Assembly: GCA_964460615.1 (NCBI GenBank)
Contig: CAYWPX010000002.1
Span: 71,220-135,219, forward strand
Direction: 5' to 3'
Source of the DNA: an uncultured Planctomycetia bacterium
GTDB taxonomy: Bacteria; Omnitrophota; Gorgyraeia; CAYWPX01
DNA: 64,000 nt
Shown here: positions 38,292 to 49,149 of the stretch, one piece after another
Position numbering within the stretch: position 1 is the first letter of the stretch
How the letters are laid out: each line of letters opens with the position of its first letter
Made by a program: the position numbers and the translations under genes
Notes under the pieces: generated by a model
The model's input: only the letters and a program-made list of their open reading frames with translations
What the model was told of the DNA's origin: nothing
The model's database searches: none

Positions 38292-39075
38292 GACATGGCC
38301 ATTTTACCTCTATCTGCCTGCCGTCCTCGGTTTCAACAAGGACTTTCCTGGTTATAGCATTAATGCTCAGGACCTTCCCGGCAACATCTTTGACCTTTAT
38401 TTTCTCGCCTTCCTTCGGCAAGTCTTTCATAAGATGCTTATAGGCTTCATACTCATATCCAAGGCAGCACATAAGCCTGCCGCATACACCTGATATCTTC
38501 TGAGGGTTAAGAGGCAGGTTCTGCTCTTTCGCCATTTTGATAGTTACCGGTTCAAAATCTTTCAGGAACCTGGCGCAGCACAATTGCCTGCCGCAATGCC
38601 CGTATCCTCCGAGAAGCTTCGCCTCATCGCGCACACCTATCTGCTTCAGTTCGATCCTGGCTTTCAAGTTTGTGGCAAGATCCTTTACTAAGTCCCTAAA
38701 ATCCACTCTGCCCTCAGCCGTGAAATAAAAAACTATTTTTGAACGGTCAAACGAATACTCGGCATCGATCATCTTCATATCAAGGCCGCGTTCCTGGATC
38801 TTCTTCTGACAAAGTTCAAAGGCTTCGCGGGCGTTTTTTTTGTTCTTTTCTATCTGTGATTTATCATGCGTGGTTGCTATCCGGATAATTTTCCTGAGCG
38901 GCTCTTCAACATCCGCGTCAAGTATGACCTCAGGGTCGGAGACCGCTTGCCCATAATCAACCCCTCTATCCGATTCCACTATGCAATATTCGCCAATAGC
39001 AGGCCTAAAGCTGGATGTGGAGAAATAGCTTACCTTCCCCGCTTCCCGCATTCTTATTTGGATGACTTCATACAT
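38266..39075 (-). CDS. yaaT: PSP1 C-terminal domain protein (YaaT/RicT-like)
   Basis: GHCGRQLCCARFL...VCGRLMCCLGYE Cys-rich PSP1 motifs. The classic position downstream of holB-tmk is preserved. Confidence 0.75.
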   Translation of the reverse strand: MYEVIQIRMREAGKVSYFSTSSFRPAIGEYCIVESDRGVDYGQAVSDPEVILDADVEEPLRKIIRIATTHDKSQIEKNKKNAREAFELCQKKIQERGLDMKMIDAEYSFDRSKIVFYFTAEGRVDFRDLVKDLATNLKARIELKQIGVRDEAKLLGGYGHCGRQLCCARFLKDFEPVTIKMAKEQNLPLNPQKISGVCGRLMCCLGYEYEAYKHLMKDLPKEGEKIKVKDVAGKVLSINAITRKVLVETEDGRQIEVKWPCHEDKKHEK

Positions 39076-40034
39076 ATATCTTCTATCTCCATTTTTAAAA
39101 CACTCATGGAAAGCTTAGTGTTTGCGTTTAAACTAATTAAATTTGACGCCCTGTCCAGCTGTTCAAGCACCTTTACAAGGTCCTCAACACTAAAGTAATT
39201 TGATTCATTTAAGATCTCCTCAATTCTATCGCTATTGGTCAGCATATTGTCTAAACCGATCTTAGCCATCAGTATATCCCTGTACCAGAATGAAAGAACC
39301 TCTATGATCTCGAATGCCTCAACCTTTGATTCGCCGAAATCATCATACAATTTGATATTATTCTTGAACTTATCTATAATCGCATTCTTTTTAGTAAGAA
39401 GATCTTCGATATCTTTTAAATTATCAAGATCCTTGAGCGATCCTTTAGAATAATTTGCCACAAACCCTGCTTTAAATTCAAAAATACCGAATTTTTCGAT
39501 AAGTATGCTTTTCACGAAATCTCTTGTTAGATTTGAAAAGTTCATCACTTCGCACCTTGAATAGATCGTAGGTATTATTTTCGATTTGTCGTGCGCTATC
39601 AAAATAATGACAGAATCCTCCGGAGGCTCTTCAAGTGTCTTAAGAAAAGAATTGGCCGCATCGAGAGTCATCCTGGAGGCATCCTCAACGATAAAAACCT
39701 TTTTTCTGGCTTCAAAGGGCTTAAGAAAAATGATATTCTGGAGATTCTTCATATCCTCGATCTTAAAAGTCCCGCCTTCTCCGGTCCCTTTTGCAAAGAC
39801 CACATCAGGCGATTGATCAGCCTCGATCTTTTGGCAATTTATACAATTGGAGCATGAGTCATTATCTTTAATATCAAGACAATTTAAAAGAAGAGCAAAA
39901 TTTTTGGCAGTCAAAGTTTTACCGACCCCCTGGCTTCCTACAAATAGATAGGCATGGTGTATCCTCTGGGACGATATAGCATCTTTTAATACCTTAACAA
40001 TCCTATCCTGGCCTTTAATATCGTTGAATGACAT
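39054..40034 (-). CDS. holB: DNA polymerase III delta' subunit
   Basis: HAYLFVGSQGVGKTLTAKNFALLLNC (AAA+ Walker A) with Cys cluster CSNCINC. Confidence 0.8.
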   Translation of the reverse strand: MSFNDIKGQDRIVKVLKDAISSQRIHHAYLFVGSQGVGKTLTAKNFALLLNCLDIKDNDSCSNCINCQKIEADQSPDVVFAKGTGEGGTFKIEDMKNLQNIIFLKPFEARKKVFIVEDASRMTLDAANSFLKTLEEPPEDSVIILIAHDKSKIIPTIYSRCEVMNFSNLTRDFVKSILIEKFGIFEFKAGFVANYSKGSLKDLDNLKDIEDLLTKKNAIIDKFKNNIKLYDDFGESKVEAFEIIEVLSFWYRDILMAKIGLDNMLTNSDRIEEILNESNYFSVEDLVKVLEQLDRASNLISLNANTKLSMSVLKMEIEDICMKSSK

Positions 40035-40689
40035 TCTCTACTATCCTTTGAATATGATCCTGAGTATCTGACATCTTTTCCATCACCTTAACAAGTTTTA
40101 TTCTCTTTGGATTTAATTTTTGAAGCTTTAGATATCCGGCCCTCACCTTTTTATGGAAATCCAAACCCTTCCTTTCCATGCGGTCGTGTTCACCTTTGAT
40201 CCGCGACCTTTTTAACCCTTCTTCAGCATCAATATCGAGAAGTATCGTAAGGTCGGGCTTAAAGCCTTTTAAATACGATTTTTCTATTTTTTTTATAAGA
40301 TCTAAGCTTATTTTGCCGGCCAAAGACTGGTAGACGTGGGTCGCATCATTAAATCTGTCAGAAATAACAATAAATTTTTTCTTGAGTGCCGGCTTAATGA
40401 TCTCATCTACTATCTGGGCCCTGGCGGCTTCAAAGAGAAATAACTCACTAAAATCTGCCATTCCTTTATTTCCAGGATCGAGAAGGATCTCTCTTATCTT
40501 CTTGCCGATATATGTCCCGCCGGGTTCATATGTATGCAAAACATGATACCCCTCTTCTTCCAAAAACTCTGTCAGAAGTTTAGACTGCGTTGATTTCCCG
40601 CAGCCTTCAGGCCCTTCAAAAGTAATAAACAGGCCTTTTTTTAAAGTTTTTTTCTCCATTTTATTTCCTTCGAAGCTCGCTAGTTCCAT
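40015..40689 (-). CDS. tmk: thymidylate kinase
   Basis: GLFITFEGPEGCGKSTQSKLL P-loop and DRF-like region. 224 aa. Confidence 0.85.
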   Translation of the reverse strand: MELASFEGNKMEKKTLKKGLFITFEGPEGCGKSTQSKLLTEFLEEEGYHVLHTYEPGGTYIGKKIREILLDPGNKGMADFSELFLFEAARAQIVDEIIKPALKKKFIVISDRFNDATHVYQSLAGKISLDLIKKIEKSYLKGFKPDLTILLDIDAEEGLKRSRIKGEHDRMERKGLDFHKKVRAGYLKLQKLNPKRIKLVKVMEKMSDTQDHIQRIVENVIQRY

Positions 40690-42139
40690 CTTTCTTGTCT
40701 AACACTATATATCCTTTATTATCCAATTCTTTTCTTATAATATCGGCTTCTTGATATCTTTTCTCTTTCTTTAATGCTTCCCTCTCAACTTTTTTTTCTT
40801 CGGCCCATTTTTGTAGTTTTTCATAATCAACAATAACTTCTTTGTAACCACTATCAGTGTCCCACCTTGAAAAATCTTTATCAGGGCTGATTGAATCCGG
40901 AGCTAATCCAAATACATTTGTCATTTTAAGAAAAAGGTTTGCGGCATAATTAAGCTTAGATGCATTGATATTTTTAGTGTCATTAACCAATAATGAATAA
41001 CAATACGATTTCATTTTCTCTAAAACGCCTAAGGCTTTTGGAGTGTTAAAATTATCATCCATTGCCTCTTCAAAATCTAATTTATAATTATCTATTTCTT
41101 TCTTAATTTCACTTTCAAGATCCATGGGTTTATTTTCCCATAAAGATTTATATGAAAATAAATAAATAAAACTTTTGTAACGCTTTTTCTCTTCTTCCAT
41201 TATTTGAATAGAATAATCTATGGGATTAGAATAATGCGTTTGAAGAAAAAATATTTTTAAAACATCGGGATGGAATTTTTCTAAAATCTTCTTTATCGTT
41301 ATAAAATTCCCCAGAGACTTGGCCATCTTCTCTTTATTAATCGTTAATAGGCCGTTATGTATCCAGTATCTTGCGAATTTTTTCCCCGCACCCTCAGACT
41401 GTGCGACTTCATTTTCATGATGAGGGAAAATAAGGTCTATCCCGCCGCCGTGAATATCAAACTCATCTCCAAGTAGATCAGAACTCATGCATGAACACTC
41501 TATATGCCAGCCGGGCCTACCTTTACCCCACGGGCTATCCCAGGATGGTTCATTCTCTTTTGCGCTCTTCCACAACGCAAAATCCATGGGCTCTAACTTA
41601 TTCTCTCCCGGATGAACTCTCGCCCCGCTTTCCATAGCATCGAGGCTTTGATTAGACAGTTTACCGTAATTTTTTGCTTTCTTTATGTCAAAATAGACAT
41701 CTCCTTTAGATTCATAAGCAGCCCCGCGCTCAATCAGGTTCTCAATGAACTTTATCATCCTAAGAATATATTCTGTAGCCTTTGGCTCATCTGTTGGCCT
41801 CTGAATCCCTAATGAGTCCATATCCTTATGATAAGAATCGAGGTATTTCTCGGCGACTTTTTTAAACGAGCTATTCAGGTCTTCCCCCGGAAATTCTTTT
41901 TTTGCCTTATCAATGATCTTATCGTCAACATCGGTGACATTTCTTACAAATTTAACATTATAACCTTTATAACTAAGATAGCGTCTGATAACATCAAATA
42001 TATAGGCGGATCTTGCGTGCCCTATATGAGGCTCATCATAGACAGTAGGGCCGCAGACATACATTTTAATATTCGGATTATCTATCGGCGTAAAAATATC
42101 CTTGGAACGAGTGAGGGAATTATATATCTTTATCGGCAT
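40661..42139 (-). CDS. cysS: cysteinyl-tRNA synthetase
   Basis: MYVCGPTVYDEPHIGHARS (HIGH), KMAKSLGN (KMSKS). 492 aa. Confidence 0.9.
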   Translation of the reverse strand: MPIKIYNSLTRSKDIFTPIDNPNIKMYVCGPTVYDEPHIGHARSAYIFDVIRRYLSYKGYNVKFVRNVTDVDDKIIDKAKKEFPGEDLNSSFKKVAEKYLDSYHKDMDSLGIQRPTDEPKATEYILRMIKFIENLIERGAAYESKGDVYFDIKKAKNYGKLSNQSLDAMESGARVHPGENKLEPMDFALWKSAKENEPSWDSPWGKGRPGWHIECSCMSSDLLGDEFDIHGGGIDLIFPHHENEVAQSEGAGKKFARYWIHNGLLTINKEKMAKSLGNFITIKKILEKFHPDVLKIFFLQTHYSNPIDYSIQIMEEEKKRYKSFIYLFSYKSLWENKPMDLESEIKKEIDNYKLDFEEAMDDNFNTPKALGVLEKMKSYCYSLLVNDTKNINASKLNYAANLFLKMTNVFGLAPDSISPDKDFSRWDTDSGYKEVIVDYEKLQKWAEEKKVEREALKKEKRYQEADIIRKELDNKGYIVLDKKDGTSELRRK

Positions 42140-42145
42140 GTGAAT

Positions 42146-42838
42146 TTATTTCTTTTCGAGCTTATTGAGCCTGCCCTCTAATTCTTCGATGATCTGCATC
42201 ACAGGGTCAAGCACATGAATATGATTGAGGCTTATGTCCAGTTTTTTCCCATCCTGTTTTGTAATCCTCCCGGGAACGCCAACTACGGTAGAATTGTGAG
42301 GAACATTTTTTAACACAACTGCATTTGCTCCTATATATGAATTATTGCCAATGGTGATATTTCCGAGAATTTTTGCGCCTGCGCCTATTACGACATTATT
42401 TCCGATATTCGGATGTCGCTTGCCTTTTTCTAACCCCGTCCCACCAAGAGTCACCTCCTGATACAAAAGCACATCATCGCCTATAACTGACGTCTCACCT
42501 ATAACTACACCCATCCCGTGATCGATAAAAAATCTTTTTCCTATTGTTGCCCCGGGGTGAATTTCAATTCCTGTAAAAAATCTTCCGAGTTGGGAAAGAA
42601 ACCTCGGGAAAAAAGGAATTTTTAGTTTCCAGAGAAAATTAGCCATCCTGTGATAGATAAGTGCATGAAGCCCGGAATATGTAAGGATTATCTCTACGGA
42701 GCTCTTTGCAGCAGGGTCCCTTTTAAAGATAGTCTTTATCTCTTCATTAAAAACTATCCTTATTATAAGAAACTTGATAAGGCCTATCAGAATAAGTACA
42801 GCTAGTATCATTAAGAATATTTCCATGATTGTCTCCAA
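42146..42838 (-). CDS. cysE: serine O-acetyltransferase
   Basis: Left-handed beta-helix hexapeptide repeats [34 protein letters not shown]. The start codon is uncertain (TTG in the track, or the internal ATG of MEIF...). Confidence 0.8.
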   Translation of the reverse strand: METIMEIFLMILAVLILIGLIKFLIIRIVFNEEIKTIFKRDPAAKSSVEIILTYSGLHALIYHRMANFLWKLKIPFFPRFLSQLGRFFTGIEIHPGATIGKRFFIDHGMGVVIGETSVIGDDVLLYQEVTLGGTGLEKGKRHPNIGNNVVIGAGAKILGNITIGNNSYIGANAVVLKNVPHNSTVVGVPGRITKQDGKKLDISLNHIHVLDPVMQIIEELEGRLNKLEKK

Positions 42839-42924
42839 AACCCAATGTTACAGGTTACAGATCACATGCCACAGTTATTAGATCTTAATGCAACCTATGA
42901 CTTGCGGCTTGTAACATTTTTAAT

Positions 42925-43392
42925 TTATTCTAAAAGTGCCACAGCGTAGCTGGCTATTCCCTCGGCCCTTCCAATTGACCCGAGCCGCTCAGCAGTCGTG
43001 GCTTTTATATTTATTTTTTCTGTTTCGATATTTAATGCATTTGCAATGTTTGAGATCATCTTATCTTTAAAGGGCTCGATTTTTGGTTCCTGAGCCAGCA
43101 CTACACAATCGATATTGCTTATTTTAAATTTTCTGTCAAGAAGCATCTTATTCACTTCTTTAAGAAGCTCCAAACTTGAGATATCCTTATAAGTAATATC
43201 ATTATTTGGAAAATGCTTGCCGATATCATTCAGCCCCGCCGCCCCTAAAAGCGAGTCGCATATAGCATGGACCAAAGCGTCTGCATCCGAATGCCCTTCC
43301 AGCCCCTTAATGTAGGGTATCTCTACTCCACCGAGTATAAGCTTTCTACCCTCAACAAAAGCGTGTATGTCATAACCCATTCCGACCCGCAT
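42925..43392 (-). CDS. ispF: 2-C-methyl-D-erythritol 2,4-cyclodiphosphate synthase
   Basis: MRVGMGYDIHAF...GHSDADALVHAICDSLLGA. 155 aa. Confidence 0.9.
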   Translation of the reverse strand: MRVGMGYDIHAFVEGRKLILGGVEIPYIKGLEGHSDADALVHAICDSLLGAAGLNDIGKHFPNNDITYKDISSLELLKEVNKMLLDRKFKISNIDCVVLAQEPKIEPFKDKMISNIANALNIETEKINIKATTAERLGSIGRAEGIASYAVALLE

Positions 43393-43426
43393 CGCCTAAC
43401 CTCTCCTCACCCCGAAATTCAAATAT

Positions 43427-44146
43427 CTAATTTCTGATGATCTTAGATCTCAGGATAGCTTCACCCATCACAACATCTTCAGGGGTAGTTATTTTGATAT
43501 TCTCCCATGAGCCTTCGACTATTTTCACTCTCTTGCCCAAATTTTCAACGCATGAAGCATCATCTGTAAAAATTTTCTTTGATACTGAGGCTTTGCTATA
43601 CGCCTTTAGGATCAACCCGGCCTGAAAACTCTGGGGGGTCTGTGCATCCCATAAGAATTTCCTATCCGGCGTTTCGATAACATTTAGATTTTTATCAACT
43701 TTTTTAATAGTATTTTTAGTCTTAACCGCTACACACGAAGCCCCGAACTTTTTAGCCGCTTCAATCGACCTGGCTAAGATATCTTTCTTAAGAAATGGCC
43801 TGGCTGAATCATGGATTACTATTATGCCGACTTTTTTGCTATTTATCATTTTAAGGGCGTTATAGACAGAGTCAAACCGCTCTTTGCCCCCGCTGACTAA
43901 CCTGGTTTTTTTGAACCCAAATCTCTTTAGTATATTTATTGTACAATACTTAACATCATCTTTATGCACAGCGCAGATTATTTCATTAATTAAGGGTGAT
44001 TTTTCAAACACGCTGAGAGTATAATAAAGCATCGGTTTACCGCAAAGCTTGATATATGGCTTTCTTATTTTAGAATAAAGCCTTTTACCCATCCCTCCGG
44101 CGGGAATTATTGCGCAAATTTTTAAAGAACTGTTTTTTTTAACCAT
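43427..44146 (-). CDS. ispD: 2-C-methyl-D-erythritol 4-phosphate cytidylyltransferase
   Basis: ICAIIPAGGMGKRL...VLIHDSARPF-like motif (VIHDSARPFL). Confidence 0.85.
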   Translation of the reverse strand: MVKKNSSLKICAIIPAGGMGKRLYSKIRKPYIKLCGKPMLYYTLSVFEKSPLINEIICAVHKDDVKYCTINILKRFGFKKTRLVSGGKERFDSVYNALKMINSKKVGIIVIHDSARPFLKKDILARSIEAAKKFGASCVAVKTKNTIKKVDKNLNVIETPDRKFLWDAQTPQSFQAGLILKAYSKASVSKKIFTDDASCVENLGKRVKIVEGSWENIKITTPEDVVMGEAILRSKIIRN

Positions 44147-44190
44147 TATTGTTTTAATATTTAGTTATTTGTAATTTATTTTTAGCTTTT

Positions 44191-44222
44191 CCCATGAGCT
44201 TAGAGCCATGAGCCAAGAGCTA
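44191..44222 (-). repeat. ATGAGC-heptad array (family B copy 3): cccatgag|cttagag|ccatgag|ccaagag
   Basis: Read in the yacL-ispD spacer. Confidence 0.5.
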
Positions 44223-45248
44223 TTTTTTCCTTCCCTGTCCTTCCTCAAGTTTTGCAAATATCATCCTGCCGGCTGATGTCTGGAGAACACTGGTCACTAA
44301 AACCTTTAGATTCTGTCCAATAAGATGTCTTGAATTATCCACCACTACCATTGTTCCGTCATCAAGATACGCAACTCCCTGGTTATACTCTTTGCCTTCT
44401 TTTGTAATCCTTACTTCCATAAGCTCGCCCGGAAGTACCACCGGCTTAAGCGCATTGGCTAAATCATTTATATTTAAAACCGGCACTTTCTGAAGCTCGG
44501 CTATTTTATTAAGGTTGTAATCGTTTGTTAATACCTTAGCTCCCAGAAATTCCGCCAGCTTTATTATCTTGGCGTCAACATCTGTTATATCCGGAAAGTC
44601 TTCCTCGTGTATCTTTACATCCATCTTTGTGCTTTTCTGGATCTTATTTAATATATCCAATCCGCGTCTTCCGCGGTTTCTCTTGAGGGTATCCTGGGAA
44701 TCCGCTATCTGCTGAAGCTCCCTAAGGACAAACCTGGGGATTATCAATCTTCCTTCAATAAATTTTGTTTCGAAGATATCGGCTATTCTCCCATCTATGA
44801 TCACGGATGTATCCAGAATAATTATGTCTTCTTTCTGGTCCTGCCTGGCAAATTTTACATAGGGGATTATTATATTAAATTCATCCTTACCGCGCATTGA
44901 GATCACCATGCCTAAATAACAAAAAACCGTTATAAAAACTATCTGAAGCGACGCATACATCTTTGCATCCATCGGAATAAGCCTGAGAATTATAGAAAGA
45001 AGCCATGCCATGAAAAACCCGAACACTAAGCCAAACAAAGCCGCAGAAAGGTTTCGTATGGATGCGCGCCTTAATACAACTTCTAATAAAATTATGCCCA
45101 GCCCCGCTACAAAACCAAAAGCGCTACCGGCGATCGCCCATTCAAATGAAAAATTCCCGAATAAAGACCCGATATAATAACCGACTATCGTACTTACAAG
45201 CGCAAAAAATATTCTTAAAAATATTAGTGTCATACGCCAGCTCCTCAA
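44220..45248 (-). CDS. yacL: PIN and TRAM domain membrane protein (YacL-like)
   Basis: N-terminal TM helices, then [14 protein letters not shown] (PIN) and a C-terminal TRAM-like [24 protein letters not shown]. Confidence 0.7.
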   Translation of the reverse strand: MRSWRMTLIFLRIFFALVSTIVGYYIGSLFGNFSFEWAIAGSAFGFVAGLGIILLEVVLRRASIRNLSAALFGLVFGFFMAWLLSIILRLIPMDAKMYASLQIVFITVFCYLGMVISMRGKDEFNIIIPYVKFARQDQKEDIIILDTSVIIDGRIADIFETKFIEGRLIIPRFVLRELQQIADSQDTLKRNRGRRGLDILNKIQKSTKMDVKIHEEDFPDITDVDAKIIKLAEFLGAKVLTNDYNLNKIAELQKVPVLNINDLANALKPVVLPGELMEVRITKEGKEYNQGVAYLDDGTMVVVDNSRHLIGQNLKVLVTSVLQTSAGRMIFAKLEEGQGRKK

Positions 45249-45297
45249 GTTTCTAGTTAATTATTAGTTCGTTATATTATGTAATTTCGCCCTAAGC

Positions 45298-46677
45298 CTA
45301 ACCTATTGCCAATGCTATGGCCTTTTCGATGGTATCAATATGTATAATTTCAAAGTCACCCTTGACCGACCCGCCCACGGGAAGAGAATTATTTTTTGGT
45401 ACAAAAATCCTTTTAAAACCCAGCTTGGATACCTCTTTTATCCTGGAATTAATATTATTAACCGACCTGATTTCTCCTCCAAGCCCAAGCTCACCGATAA
45501 ATGCATCTTTAGCATTAATTGCCTTATTCTTAAAGCTTGAGCTAAGCGCCATGGCGACCGCCAAGTCACTTGCCGGTTCACTAAGCCTTACACCGCCCGC
45601 AACATTGATAAAAATATCAAAACTTCCAAGATGAAACCCGCAACGTTTCTCTAAGATCGCTATAATAAGATTTAGCCTGTTGAGATCGAACCCGCTTGCC
45701 TGTCTTTTTGGGATATTGAATTTCGATTCAACCACAAGCGCCTGAACTTCTACACAAAGCGGCCTTGTCCCTTCCAGGCTTACTGTGGCAACCGATCCGC
45801 TCGTATTATTTGGACGCTCGAATAGGAAAACTTTTGAAGGGTCCTTTAGTTCATTTAAGCCGTTTTCAGCCATTTCAAAAATCCCTATCTCATTGGTAGA
45901 GCCAAAACGGTTTTTGGTTGACCTGAGAATCCTTAAACTTGATTGGGACTCCCCTTCAAAATATAACACAGTATCAACCATATGCTCTAGAACCCTCGGG
46001 CCTGCAAGAAGGCCTTCCTTTGTCACATGCCCTATAAGAAACACGGCTGCATCAAGCTTCTTTGCCAGATATATAAGTTCAGCCGCACACTCTCTTATCT
46101 GGCTTACTGAACCGGCGCTCGTTGTAAGCTCATTTTTATAAATAACCTGGATAGAATCTATTATAATAGCTTTTGGCTTAAGTTTGCTTATATATTGTAC
46201 CACCAGCTCAAGGCTCGTTTCGCTTGCCATAAATAAATTGTCATGAAAATTACCGAGTCTTTTTGCACGCAATTTTGTCTGGCTTATGGATTCTTCGCCT
46301 GAAATATAAAGAACTGTTTCCGATTTTGACAAAGAATTTGAAACCTGAAGCATCAGCGTTGACTTACCTATACCAGGGTCTCCGCCTACCAGAACCACCG
46401 ACCCTCTTACCAATCCTCCGCCGAGGACCCTGTCAAATTCATTAATGCTTGTTACGATCCTTGGTATTGCAAGCTCACTTATATCCTTAAATTGTTTAGG
46501 CCCGAGATCAAGCGCTTTATCATCGAATTTAAAAATCTGCCTTTTATTTGTAAGCTCAGGTGTCTCAAGTTCTTCAAGAAAAGAATTCCACTTTTCGCAC
46601 TCAGGGCACCTGCCTTGCCATTTGGGCGATTTATAACCGCAATCCTGGCATATAAAAATATTTTTTGTCTTTGTCAT
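45298..46677 (-). CDS. radA: DNA repair protein RadA/Sms
   Basis: CQDCGYKSPKWQGRCPEC zinc finger, GDPGIGKSTL Walker A, KNRFG motif and a Lon-like C-terminus. Confidence 0.9.
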   Translation of the reverse strand: MTKTKNIFICQDCGYKSPKWQGRCPECEKWNSFLEELETPELTNKRQIFKFDDKALDLGPKQFKDISELAIPRIVTSINEFDRVLGGGLVRGSVVLVGGDPGIGKSTLMLQVSNSLSKSETVLYISGEESISQTKLRAKRLGNFHDNLFMASETSLELVVQYISKLKPKAIIIDSIQVIYKNELTTSAGSVSQIRECAAELIYLAKKLDAAVFLIGHVTKEGLLAGPRVLEHMVDTVLYFEGESQSSLRILRSTKNRFGSTNEIGIFEMAENGLNELKDPSKVFLFERPNNTSGSVATVSLEGTRPLCVEVQALVVESKFNIPKRQASGFDLNRLNLIIAILEKRCGFHLGSFDIFINVAGGVRLSEPASDLAVAMALSSSFKNKAINAKDAFIGELGLGGEIRSVNNINSRIKEVSKLGFKRIFVPKNNSLPVGGSVKGDFEIIHIDTIEKAIALAIG

Positions 46678-47408
46678 TAAAAATTCTTTTTAGGGCCCTT
46701 GGTGCTCTTTTTATCTTTTACAGTATCTTCTTTCTTCTCTTTAAATAGCAATTTCCACGGGCTTTCTTTTATCTCTTGTGAAAAATCCTTGAAGTTGTTA
46801 TATACCGTATCATCCGTAAGGAATTTTCCTATAGTACCTTGACCGCTATTTAGTCTTGTAAGAAACGTATCTATCTCATTATACATTTTATCATCGGAAA
46901 TAAGCTTTCCCATTGTACCTTGACCGCTACTCATCTTCCCGATGATGCTCTTTACATCCGTCACGATTGTTTTAAGTTCACTGGTAACCTCTTCCATTGT
47001 AACCGGGTCCTGCCCTACGAGATAGTCGCCCTCTTTAAGAAACTCCTCGGTTTTGCCGGGAAATACCTCGACATATTTTTCTCCAAGAAGCCCCAAGGTA
47101 TTTATTGTAGCCTTGGCGTCTTTTTCTAATTTTACGCTTTTATCTATTTTAAGCCCGAGTTCGACTTTTGAGCGCTTTGAAGCCTCATCGTAATACACCC
47201 CAAGGTTCTCAACCTCTCCCACAGTTACACCGCAGAGCCTGACCGGGGCAGTATGGCCTATACCGCTGGCAAAATTAAGCGCAAGCTTTATACGATAATA
47301 TGATTTAAAAAACTTGATGTCCCCGATAGAAAAAACTATCAGAAATAACAATGTAAAACCTATAAAAATAAAAATCCCGACCTTAAGCTCGATTGATTGC
47401 TCTCTCAT
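46677..47408 (-). CDS. mlaD: MCE/MlaD-family periplasmic substrate-binding protein
   Basis: N-terminal TM plus MCE domain (GHTAPVRLCGVTVGEV). Adjacent to mlaF/mlaE. Confidence 0.75.
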   Translation of the reverse strand: MREQSIELKVGIFIFIGFTLLFLIVFSIGDIKFFKSYYRIKLALNFASGIGHTAPVRLCGVTVGEVENLGVYYDEASKRSKVELGLKIDKSVKLEKDAKATINTLGLLGEKYVEVFPGKTEEFLKEGDYLVGQDPVTMEEVTSELKTIVTDVKSIIGKMSSGQGTMGKLISDDKMYNEIDTFLTRLNSGQGTIGKFLTDDTVYNNFKDFSQEIKESPWKLLFKEKKEDTVKDKKSTKGPKKNF

Positions 47409-47458
47409 TATTTCCCTCCTAAAATAAATTCTGTCTTTTTACCGTATGATTAAAATGA

Positions 47459-48226
47459 TCAACTTATATTATCTGTACCGCCGTGTTCGGTGATCGGCCC
47501 GATCGCAGCCCCGGTTATAAACTGCCTTATGATCGGACTTGTGGTATTCTTTATTTCATCAGGGGTACCAAAACCGATAATCTTCCCATGATAGAGCATA
47601 GCTATCTTATCCGCTATTTTATACGCACTTGTCATATCATGAGTAACAACAATGGATGTCATATTCAATTTTTTCTTAATATCTATAATAAGATCGTTTA
47701 TTGCATCCGCCATAATAGGGTCAAGGCCTGTTGTCGGTTCATCGTAAAGTATTATCTTCGGATTAACGCAGATCGCCCTGGCAAGCCCCACTCTTTTTCT
47801 CATGCCTCCGGAAAGCTCTGCCGGCTTAAGATGCTCTATACCGTTTAAGCCAACCATATTAAGGCACTCTGAAATTCTTTTTTCGATCTGGGATTTGGGA
47901 AGGTCCGAATGCTCATATAAGGCAAAACCAACGTTTTCTCCGACTGTAAGTGAATCAAAAAGGGCAGCCCCCTGAAAAAGCATGCCAAACTGCATCCTGA
48001 AATCCCTCAGTTCTTTTCCTTCTAATCTATCAATATCAACGCCTTCTATTATAACCTGTCCGGAAGTCGGCCTTAGAATCCCTACTACGTGCTTCAACAG
48101 AACGCTTTTACCGCAACCGGAACGCCCGATTATAACGAGCGTTTTGCCGCTCGCGATATTCAGATTAAGATTATCCAGGACAAGATTGCCGTTAAAATAT
48201 TTTGTTAAATTTACTATTTCAATCAT
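47459..48226 (-). CDS. mlaF: ABC transporter ATP-binding protein MlaF-like
   Basis: GRSGCGKSVLLK, LSGGMRKRVGLARA, ILYDEPTTGLD. Confidence 0.85.
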   Translation of the reverse strand: MIEIVNLTKYFNGNLVLDNLNLNIASGKTLVIIGRSGCGKSVLLKHVVGILRPTSGQVIIEGVDIDRLEGKELRDFRMQFGMLFQGAALFDSLTVGENVGFALYEHSDLPKSQIEKRISECLNMVGLNGIEHLKPAELSGGMRKRVGLARAICVNPKIILYDEPTTGLDPIMADAINDLIIDIKKKLNMTSIVVTHDMTSAYKIADKIAMLYHGKIIGFGTPDEIKNTTSPIIRQFITGAAIGPITEHGGTDNIS

Positions 48227-48323
48227 TATTTATCCGTTCTGCGTACGGTGTACAACGTACTGCGTGATGTAAAAATTATTTATTTTTTACGCCGTACGAA
48301 ATACGACATACGATGTACTGCTT
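48227..48323 (-). repeat. GTAC-rich tandem-heptamer element (family A copy 4) directly upstream of mlaF
   Basis: tatttatccgttctgcgtacggtgtacaacgtactgcgtg ... tacgccgtacgaaatacgacatacgatgtactgc. It shares its first approx. 22 nt with copy 3. Confidence 0.55.
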
Positions 48324-49130
48324 TTAGAATGCAAAATAGAAAAACGCGGTGAACAGACAGTCCGCCGCTATTATAAGTATAAAACTTGTAACTACTGATA
48401 AGGTAGTTGCCTTGCCTACTCCCTCTGCCCCGCCCTCTGTTCGCATACCTTCAAAGCAAGAGATAGTGCAGATGATGATACCAAAAGAAAAAGATTTTAT
48501 TAGACCGGTCACTAAGTCCTTATATTTGAGCGGATCCCATGTCATCTTTAGATACATATGATGGCTGATGTTCAATTTATAGACACCTACCAGATATCCC
48601 CCTATTATTCCGATAAAATCGGCATACACAGTAAGTAGCGGAAGCATTATTATAAGGGCTAAAAACCGCGGCACCACAAGGTATTTGATCGGATTTGTCG
48701 CAAGAGTTTCAAGGGCATCTATCTGTTCGGTAACTTTCATTGTCCCGAGTTCAGCGGTAATCGACGCTCCTACCCTTCCGGCAACGACTAAAGCTGTCAG
48801 TACCGGGCCGAGCTCTCTCGTCATGGATAAAGCAACTAAAGACGCAATATACATCTCCGCATTAAGCTGCTTCATCTGATAGGCGCTCTGCAAAGCCAGC
48901 ACTATGCCGGTAAAAAGGCTCGTAAGAAAAACTATAGGGAGACTGTCCACTCCGATCTTTGACATCTGGTCAAAAATAGGTCGCTTTTTAACAGGCGGGA
49001 TAAAGACCCAGAATACCGTCTGAACAAATAATATCGACGCGCCGCCTACATAGGTAAGGAAAAAAAGAGTATTTTTACCTATGCTTATAAACCAATTTCT
49101 AAGGCTTTCCATCATTTTGCGTAGTTTCAT
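48324..49130 (-). CDS. mlaE: ABC transporter permease MlaE-like
   Basis: Multi-TM permease with LTALVVAGRVGASITAELGTMKVTEQIDALE, the MlaE signature. Confidence 0.85.
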   Translation of the reverse strand: MKLRKMMESLRNWFISIGKNTLFFLTYVGGASILFVQTVFWVFIPPVKKRPIFDQMSKIGVDSLPIVFLTSLFTGIVLALQSAYQMKQLNAEMYIASLVALSMTRELGPVLTALVVAGRVGASITAELGTMKVTEQIDALETLATNPIKYLVVPRFLALIIMLPLLTVYADFIGIIGGYLVGVYKLNISHHMYLKMTWDPLKYKDLVTGLIKSFSFGIIICTISCFEGMRTEGGAEGVGKATTLSVVTSFILIIAADCLFTAFFYFAF

Positions 49131-49149
49131 CTGTTATCTTTGCCCTTTT